A DNA stretch of 64,000 nt from Dendrobates tinctorius (lineage: Eukaryota). Below the pieces are notes generated by a model. The model saw only the letters and a program-made list of their open reading frames with translations, was not told the DNA's origin and did no database searches. Below, piece by piece: positions 55,370 to 64,000 of the stretch. The position numbers and the translations under genes were made by a program. The stretch lies in the NCBI RefSeq assembly GCF_039654945.1, contig NW_027361798.1, positions 3,844,001 through 3,908,000 of the forward strand. Reading direction: 5' to 3'. Each line of letters begins with the position of its first letter. Position 1 is the stretch's first letter.

Positions 55370-56030
55370 TACTACATACATACTACATATATACTACATA
55401 CATACTACATACATGCTACATACATACTGCATGCTACATACATACTACATACATACTACATACATACTACATGCTACATACATACTACATACATACTACA
55501 TGCATGCTACATACATACTACATATATACTACATACATGCTACATACATGCTACATACATACTGCATGCTACATACATACTACATACATGCTACATACAT
55601 ACTGCATGCTACATACATACTACATACATACTACATGCATGCTACATACATACTACATGCATGCTACATACATACTACATACATACTACATGCATGCTAC
55701 ATACATACTACATGCATGCTACATACATACTACATATATACTACATGCATGCTACATACATACTACATACATACTACATACATACTACATGCATGCTACA
55801 TACATACTACATATATACTACATGCATGCTACATACATACTACATATATACTACATGCATGCTACATACATACTACATGCTACATACATACTACATATAT
55901 ACTACATACATGCTACATACATGCTACATGCATGCTACATACATACTACATGCTACATACATACCACATATATACTACATACATACAATACATTCATACA
56001 ATACATACATAGACATACAGTACATATAAC
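55370..56030. repeat. Complex (TACA/TGCA/TAC) microsatellite, left arm
   Basis: Low-complexity sequence. Confidence 0.97.
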
Positions 56031-56334
56031 ATAGAGTAACATACTTACCAATACTTGTCACATTGTTCCCCGAAGCCATTGTCTTTTCCGGGATAAATAT
56101 TAACATAACAAACCACAAAAATACTCACCCACGATCCGAAGCAGTCCACGAGTGTGTCCCACGACGATCTTGGGTAGAGAACTGCAGCATCAGATGATGC
56201 TGCCGTTCTCTACGGGCTGCAGGAATCCAATGACGAAAGGTAGGTATCCTTCCGCACTGTATTCCTCCGCCACTTAAAAAAAAAAAGTCCCTAGTCTCAC
56301 TTTATGCCATTGCTGTGTGGAAATTCCCACACAT

Positions 56335-57883
56335 ATGTGGTATGTATGTAGCATGTAGTATGTATGTAGCATGCATGTAGCATGCATGTAGTATGTATGT
56401 AGCATGCATGTAGTATGTATGTAGCATGCATGTAGTATGTATGTAGCATGCATGTAGCATGCATGTAGTATGTATGTAGCATGCATGTAGCATGCATGTA
56501 GTATGTATGTAGTATGTATGTAGTATATATGTAGTATGTATGTAGCATGTATGTAGTATATATGTAGTATGCATGTTGCATGCATGTAGTATATATGTAG
56601 TATGTATGTTGCATGCATGTAGTATATGTAGTATGCATGTTGCATGCATGTAGTATATGTAGTATGTATGTAGCATGCATGTAGTATATATGTAGTATGT
56701 ATGTTGCATGCATGTAGTATATGTAGTATGCATGTTGCATGCATGTAGTATATGTAGTATGCATGTTGCATGCATGTAGTATATGTAGTATGTATGTAGC
56801 ATGCATGTAGTATATATGTAGTATGTATGTTGCATGCATGTAGTATATGTAGTATGCATGTTGCATGCATGTAGTATATGTAGTATGCATGTTGCATGCA
56901 TGTAGTATATATGTAGTATGTATGTTGCATGCATGTAGTATATGTAGTATGCATGTTGCATGCATGTAGTATATGTAGTATGCATGTTGCATGCATGTAG
57001 TATATGTAGTATGCATGTTGCATGCATGTAGTATATGTAGTATGTATGTAGCATGCATGTAGTATATATGTAGTATGTATGTTGCATGCATGTAGTATAT
57101 GTAGTATGCATGTTGCATGCATGTAGTATATGTAGTATGCATGTTGCATGCATGTAGTATATGTAGTATGTATGTTGCATGCATGTAGTATATATGTAGT
57201 ATGCATGTTGCATGCATGTAGTATATGTAGTATGCATGTTGCATGCATGTAGTATATATGTAGTATGTATGTTGCATGCATGTAGTATATATGTAGTATG
57301 TATGTTGCATGCATGTAGTATATGTAGTATGTATGTAGTATGTATGTAGTATGTATGTAGCATGCATGTAGTATGTATGTAGTATGTATGTAGTATGTAT
57401 GTAGCATGCAGTATGTATGCAGTATGTATGTAGCATGTAGTATGTATGTAGCATGCATGTAGTATGTATGTAGCATGCATGTAGTATGTATGTAGTATGT
57501 ATGTAGCATGCATGTAGTATGTATGTAGTATGTATGTAGCATGTAGTATGTATGTAGTATGTATGTAGCATGCATGTAGTATGTATGTAGTATGTATGCA
57601 GTATGTATGTAGCATGTATGTAGCATGCATGTAGTATGTATGTAGTATGTATGTGGTATGTATGTAGCATGTAGTATGTATGTAGCATGCATGTAGTATA
57701 TATGTGTTATGTATGTAGCATGTAGCATGTAGTATGTATGTAGTATATATGTGGTATGTATGTAGCATGCAGTATGTATGTAGCATGCATGTAGTATATA
57801 TGTAGTATGTATGTTGCATGTAGTATTTATGTAGTATGAATGTAGCATGTATGTAGTATGCATGTTGTATGTATGTAGCATGT
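56335..57883. repeat. Complex (TGTA/TGCA) microsatellite, right arm (inverse of the left)
   Basis: Low-complexity sequence with reverse-complement composition. Confidence 0.97.
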
Positions 57884-58729
57884 AATTTTTTTTTTTTTTT
57901 TTTTTTATATTTAACACATTAGCCGGATGATGGGACTACTACTGTCCCATCATTGGCTAATGTGTCAATCACTGTCATGGTAGCAGGCATCGCCCGATGG
58001 GACTTTCAGTCCCATCGGACGATGCCTGCACAGACCCCCGGAGCCTGCACAGCCCCCCGGCAGGCCGGCACAGCCCCCCGGCAGGCCGGCACATCCCCCC
58101 GGAGCCTGCACAGCCCCCCGGCAGGCCGGCACAGCCCCCCGGCAGGCCGGCACAGCCCCCCGGCAGGCCGGCACAGCCCCCCGGAGCCTGCACAGCCCCC
58201 CGGAGCCTGCACAGACCACCGGCAGGCCGGCACAGACCACCGGAGCCTGCACAGACCCCCTGGCAGGCCGGCACAGCCCCCCGAAAGGCCCGTACAGACC
58301 GCAGAGAGGCTGTACAAGGGCAGGAAAGGGTTTTTCTTATTCCGATACCGGAAGTCCCATAGACTTGAATGGGACTTCCGGTATCGGAATCGGCGATACC
58401 GATACTTTTTTTAAAGATCGGCCGATACCATCCGATACGATACTTTGAAGTATCGGACGGTATCGCTCAACTCTAGTTGTGAGGGATTGTGAGAAATCAC
58501 ACAGAGACGTTAACTAGAGTAGACAAATTTTTAGATTTGCCTTTTGTTTTTTTGTTTTGCTTAAAGGCAAACATAATTTTGCCATAACACAAATTTGGCA
58601 ATGGCCAAAATGACCCTTTGTGCCTTCTTTAACTTGGTGTGAAATTAACATTACAGAAAAAAAATGCACCAAGCATTATGCAATAACAACATTGCTGCAT
58701 GCCTACATTAACCTGGATTTGGCAACAAA

Positions 58730-59245
58730 AGGTGAGCTCCATCACCTAAATAAAGTGAATAAGATAACACTCACATTTCCTCATAATGTTTTCCAATCAT
58801 AGAAAGATTCCACCATGACAGGCAAGGCTACCTCACATCTTTCACACAGATATTACCTGTCTGTAGAACAGACAATATTTAAGCATGCTATACTGGAAAG
58901 GATGAAAATACAAAACTCACTTGTTAAGACATAGAGAGAGCGTGATATTGTGAAGGCTGGTCGCCTTGATTTGTTTTACTAGAGATTGCTAATAACAAAG
59001 GTGACTACTTAACTAAAGGCAAGCACGCCTTTCCTAGGCATTAGCAAGTGAGTAGTGTATTTTCATCCTTTCAGGTAACAGTATAGCGCATTTAAATATT
59101 CTCTTTTATACACACATGTAATATCTGTGTGAAAGGCGTGAGGTAGCGTTGCCTGTCATGATGGATTGTTTCATATGTTTGGAAAACATTGTTTAAAAAT
59201 GTGAATGTTAAATTATGTTCTAAATGTTGGTGAAGGAGAACACCT
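58730..59245. repeat. Imperfect inverted repeat (arms about 190 bp) between the convergent Harbinger genes
   Basis: CATGACAGGCAAGGCTACCTCAC...TTTCACACAGATATTAC pairs with GTAATATCTGTGTGAAA...GTGAGGTAGCGTTGCCTGTCATG. Confidence 0.85.
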
Positions 59246-59300
59246 GTTTTTTCATTTATATTAGGAGCACCAGTTACATGTCACTGGACATCTCCAAACA

Positions 59301-61074
59301 TTAGAATAATAAATCCTCATATGTAGGGGAAGGGGAACGTGGAGGAACAGCCTGTGGGTGCTGCTGGACATTGTGGCCAACATCGCCCTGTGTGGGGCCA
59401 TACTGTTGCCCATGATGCTGTTGTTGTCCAGCCTCCTGGGCCTGTTGGGGATACTGGCCAGAGTAATGATGATGATGGTGAGGGGCTTCTTGTTGGCTCT
59501 GGTAGGCCCGTGGCTCATACCCACCAAGATAGCCAGATCGTCCCCAACCAGGTTGGGACCAGCCTCCAACACTGGGTGGGTACAAGTGGCCATATTGGTG
59601 GGGTTGGCTTGATGAAGACATTTGGGGCTGCGGAATAGAAGGATGGGTAGGGGGAGGAAGGGCTTGAGGTGTTGGCCCACGTATTAGGGGCTGTTCAGAC
59701 CCTGCTTGAGCAAGCATCTGTGTGGATGGTCTCATGCGCATTAAATTTCTTGGTGAGAGCTGCCACCTCTCCAGAAATTCAAACACCTCATATGGGGTAT
59801 TGGGGGGGTGCTTGCATCAAGCAGGATCTGAATACACCCCCTAATACGGAGCCTGACCTCACAGGTAAGGGCACGGAGATAAAGGGTGAGGCTACGTGCA
59901 TAGGCCTCCTCACCATCATCTGTAGTGACTCTGGACAAGTAATTCAGCACCCCAGTGTCCACATTGGTCCTGCTCTCTTGAATAGTGACCTGGCGCCTTC
60001 TTCTTATTCGCCGTGATGTAAGAGCAGCCTGTGGGGAGGGCCTGATCTGGGCAGTTGGGCTGCTGCTCAAGTTGCCCGGCTCTTCCAGGATGGGTGAGGT
60101 GGCAGCAGCAGACCGTCCTGGTGGTGTGTTGTGTAGGCCAGCCATTGTGTGGTCTTGTGATGCCTCCTCTTCAGCCATCCTTCTTGTAGGGGGAGAAGAT
60201 GGGCCAGCCACCTCATCCCCTACAGGATCTATTATGGGCTCTGCCTCTGAGGCCGTTCCTCGATCCGTAAGGTTGGATTGAGTTCTGTTATGAAATAGAA
60301 CAGAGGCAAAAATACATCAATATTTTTGTCCCTGTAAAGTATTTGTGTAATGTTTTTGTGTCATGTGGTGTGAGGTATGTACTTACGGTCTCAGAGCCAG
60401 AATTGGGGCGAGGAAGTTCAGCCGGTCATAGTAGATGTATTTGCGCTTTACATGGCCAGCATCCCCACTCCTGGACCGCTGCTGGCGTTCCCGGCGGTAT
60501 TGGTCCCGGATGCTTCTCCACCGTTTCATCACATCTTCCACTGCAATGTGACAGGAAAGATTGTCAAAATCACATATTTGAGAGGTCACATTTTCTACCA
60601 GTAGTCTAGGCATGGGGCCTTCTGGGGTGTGCGTTCTACCCATGGTGGCATATGTAATTGGGCCGATACCCAGGGTCTCATTAGCTCCCCTGAAACTAAT
60701 TTTATTGGCTAGGAGGATGAGGAGCTTGTGACCTAACCCCTAATTATGGCTGTGAGAAGCCACGTGTCACATCCTAATGTAACGGCCTCATGAGGCTAAT
60801 AAAAGTACATGCCCAGGAAGGGGGGGGCTGATTGTAGAGTCATTTTATAGCGCGCGCTAACGGTAATTATATTTTTATTGTTGCACTTACGAATTTTCTG
60901 CTGCTCATCACGTGGTCTGTCACCAAAGTCATGTTACATCTGGCGACAGATGCGCCTCCATGACGCCTCCTTTCTTGTGCGGTTTGCATAGTTTGCATCG
61001 CGTGGGTCCCATATTTCTGGACGCTCCTGCACCAGCACAATGAGGAGCTCTACATTAATATATGTGGACGCCAT
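59301..61074 (-). pseudogene. Harbinger MADF-BESS-like gene, copy A (exons 61074-60891, 60540-60387, 60284-59301)
   Basis: LVQERPEIWD...W...RWRSIRDQY motif; nonsense codon at 60934-60936; frameshift in the G-run at about 59805. Confidence 0.85.
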
Positions 61075-61485
61075 GCTGCTGCTGTACTCCGTGGAGGCGT
61101 ACTTCCGGGATGTCTGGAGCGCTTTTTGAGCTCATTTGCATGTCTACGCTTCCTGATGATGGATTGGCCCATTTCCTGTCACAAGCCAAAAGATCTGCGT
61201 ATTGCTCGCAGGTCACACGTGTGTTCAGGGTGTAATCCGTATTTTTTGCGCACCCATAGACTTGCATTGGCGTATTACGGGCGTAGTACGCTGACAGTCC
61301 CAGCATGCTGCGAGTGGCACGGAGCGGAGGATACGGAGGAGAAATATACGCCTGGTGCGAGTGACCCCATAGAGAATTATTGGTCCGTGTCTAATGCGTG
61401 CTTTTTGCGCCTCTCACGCACCCGTATTCCTCGCCAGTGTGACTCCGGCCTAATACTCTATTAGTGCTTGCCACAGTGAATATAA

Positions 61486-64000
61486 GGCCGGAGTCACACT
61501 GGCGAGGAATACGGGTGCGTGAGAGGCGCAAAAAGCACGCATTAGACACGGACAAATGATTCTCTATGGGGTCACTCGCACCAGCCGTATATTTCTCCTC
61601 CGTATCCTCCGCTCCGTGCCACTCGCAGCATGCTGGGACTGTCAGCGTACTACGCCCGTAATACGCCAATGCAAGTCTATGGGTGCGCAAAAAATACGGA
61701 TTACACCCTGAACACACGTGTGACCTGCGAGCAATACGCAGATCTTTTGGCTTGTGACAGGAAATGGGCCAATCCATCATCAGGAAGCGTAGACATGCAA
61801 ATGAGCTCAAAAAGCGCTCCAGACATCCCGGAAGTACGCCCCCACGGAGTACAGCAGCAGCATGGCGTCCACATATATTAATGTAGAGCTCCTCATTGTG
61901 CTGGTGCAGGAGCGTCCAGAAATATGGGACCCACGCGACGCAAACTATGCGAACCGCACAAGAAAGGAGGCGTCATGGAGGCGCATCTGTCGCCAGATGT
62001 ACCATGACTTTGGTGACAGACCACGTGATGAGCAGCAGAAAATTCGTAAGTGCAACCATAAAAATATAATTACCGTTAGCGCGCGCTATAAAATGACTCT
62101 ACAATCAGCCCCCCCCCCTTCCTGGGCATGTACTTTTATTAGCCTCATGAGGCCGTTACATTAGGATGTGACACGTGGCTTCTCACAGCCATAATTAGGG
62201 GTTAGGCCACAAGCTCCTCATCCTCCTAGCCAATAAAATTAGTTTCAGGGGAGCTAATGAGACCCTGGGTATCGGCCCAATTACATATGCCACCATGGGT
62301 AGAACGCACACCCCAGAAGGCCCCATGCCTAGACTACTGGTAGAAAATGTGACCTCTCAAATATGTGATTTTGACAATCTTTCCTGTCACATTGCAGTGG
62401 AAGATGTGATGAAACGGTGGAGAAGCATCCGGGACCAATACCGCCAGGAACGCCAGCAGCGGTCCAGGAGTGGGGATGCTGGCCATGTAAAGCGCAAATA
62501 CATCTACTATGACCGGCTGAACTTCCTCGCCCCAATTCTGGATCTGAGACCGTAAGTACATACCTCACACCACATGACACAAAAACATTACACAAATACT
62601 TTACAGGGATAAAAATATTGATGTATTTTTGCCTCTGTTCTATTTCATAACAGAACTCAATCCAACCTTACGGATCGAGGAACGGCCTCAGAGGCAGAGC
62701 CCATTATAGATCCTGTAGGGGATGAGGTGGCTGGCCCATCTTCTCCCCCTACAAGAAGGATGGCTGAAGAGGAGGCATCACAAGACCACACAATGGCTGG
62801 CTTACACACAACACCACCAGGACGGTCTGCTGCTGCCACCTCACCCATCCTGGAAGAGCCGGGCAACTTGAGCAGCAGCCCAACTGCCCAGATCAGGCCC
62901 TCCCCACAGGCTGCTCTTACATCACGGCGAACAAGAAGAAGGCGCCAGGTCACTATTCAAGAGAGCAGGACCAATGTGGACACTGGGGTGCTGAATTACT
63001 TGTCCAGAGTCACTACAGATGATGGTGAGGAGGCCTATGCACGTAGCCTCACCCTTTATCTCCGTGCCCTTACCCGTGAGGTCAGGCTCCGTATTAGGGG
63101 GTGTATTCAGATCCTGCTTGATGCAAGCACCCCCCCCCCCAATACCCCATATGAGGTGTTTGAATTTCTGGAGAGGTGGCAGCTCTCACCAAGAAATTTA
63201 ATGCGCATGAGACCATCCACACAGATGCTTGCTCAAGCAGGGTCTGAACAGCCCCTAATACGTGGGCCAACACCTCAAGCCCTTCCTCCCCCTACCCATC
63301 CTTCTATTCCGCAGCCCCAAATGTCTTCATCAAGCCAACCCCACCAATATGGCCACTTGTACCCACCCAGTGTTGGAGGCTGGTCCCAACCTGGTTGGGG
63401 ATGATCTGGCTATCTTGGTGGGTATGAGCCACGGGCCTACCAGAGCCAACAAGAAGCCCCTCACCATCATCATCATTACTCTGGCCAGTATCCCCAACAG
63501 GCCCAGGAGGCTGGACAACAACAGCATCATGGGCAACAGTATGGCCCCACACAGGGCGATGTTGGCCACAATGTCCAGCAGCACCCACAGGCTGTTCCTC
63601 CACGTTCCCCTTCCCCTACATATGAGGATTTATTATTCTAATGTTTGGAGATGTCCAGTGACATGTAACTGGTGCTCCTAATCTAGACCAAAAAAACAGG
63701 TGTTCTCCTTCACCAACATTTAGAACATAATTTAACACTCACATTTTTAAACAATGTTTTCCAAACATATGAAACAATCCATCATGACAGGCAACGCTAC
63801 CTCACGCCTTTCACACAGATATTACATGTGTGTATAAAAGAGAATATTTAAATGCGCTATACTGTTACCTGAAAAGACGAAAATACACTACTCACTTGCT
63901 AATGCCTAGGAAAGGCGTGCTTGCCTTAGTGAAGTAGTCACCTTTGTTGTTAGCAATCTCTAGTAAAACAAATCAAGGCGACCAGCATTCACAATATCAC
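61486..64000 (-). mobile_element. Harbinger family 2, copy B, inverted relative to A; runs off the window
   Basis: TAA plus TIR GGCCGGAGTCACACT; reverse complement of 58942-61450. Confidence 0.95.
61862..63641 (+). pseudogene. Harbinger MADF-BESS-like gene, copy B (exons 61862-62045, 62398-62551, 62654-63641); premature TGA at 63402
   Basis: GT-AG introns in phase; MADF and BESS-like (EEAYARSL..YLRAL) regions intact before the stop. Confidence 0.85.

Larger units (their letters stand above)
54836..58475. mobile_element. Non-autonomous hAT foldback element with perfect 8-bp TSD GTTGTGAG
   Basis: TIRs TAGTGTTGAGC and TAGAGTTGAGC; TSD at 54828-54835 and 58476-58483; inverted arms made of a 21-bp GC repeat, poly-A and microsatellite. 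Confidence 0.92.
52888..61450 (+). mobile_element. Complete PIF/Harbinger family 2 element, copy A
   Basis: TAA TSD at 52885-52887 and 61451-61453; TIRs GGC(T/C)GGAGTCACACT; convergent transposase and MADF genes. Confidence 0.95.

Noticed and set aside
55340-57917. Long His/Tyr/Thr-rich ORFs (up to 547 aa)
   Set aside because: Stop-free microsatellite open in all three frames.
58560-58635. Possible tiny TTAA-flanked MITE
   Set aside because: Inverted match too short and imperfect to support.

Overview
Eukaryotic, vertebrate DNA; an amphibian (anuran-like) source is inferred from the repeat families and is not proven. The window is a replication-dependent histone H3/H4 locus broken up by nested transposons. 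Host genes are two canonical H3.2 genes and three H4 genes, all with 3' stem-loops. One H4 is cut exactly at its ATG, and one H3 has had its CCAAT region replaced by a hAT promoter. No H1, H2A or H2B is present. The rest consists of three copies plus an orphan end of one Ac-type hAT family, a second hAT family with a non-autonomous foldback derivative, two PIF/Harbinger families (transposase plus spliced MADF gene), Gmr1-like and sushi-like (chromovirus) Gypsy fragments, four CR1 LINE pieces, two Helitron 3' ends, an L2-like stub, a MITE and several minisatellites. Most elements are one-ended fragments, several joined at short microhomologies. Best leads: (1) a Harbinger family inserted twice at the same TAA of consecutive 32-bp units of the H4-linked minisatellite, suggesting a target-specific landing pad; (2) H3/H4 pairs repeatedly coupled to one hAT family, including a position-preserving CCAAT-box swap; (3) a 7-exon MADF gene fused in frame to Gypsy pol sequence; (4) an orphan H4-type promoter module pointing antisense into H3. 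Coordinates were read by eye and may be off by a few bases.
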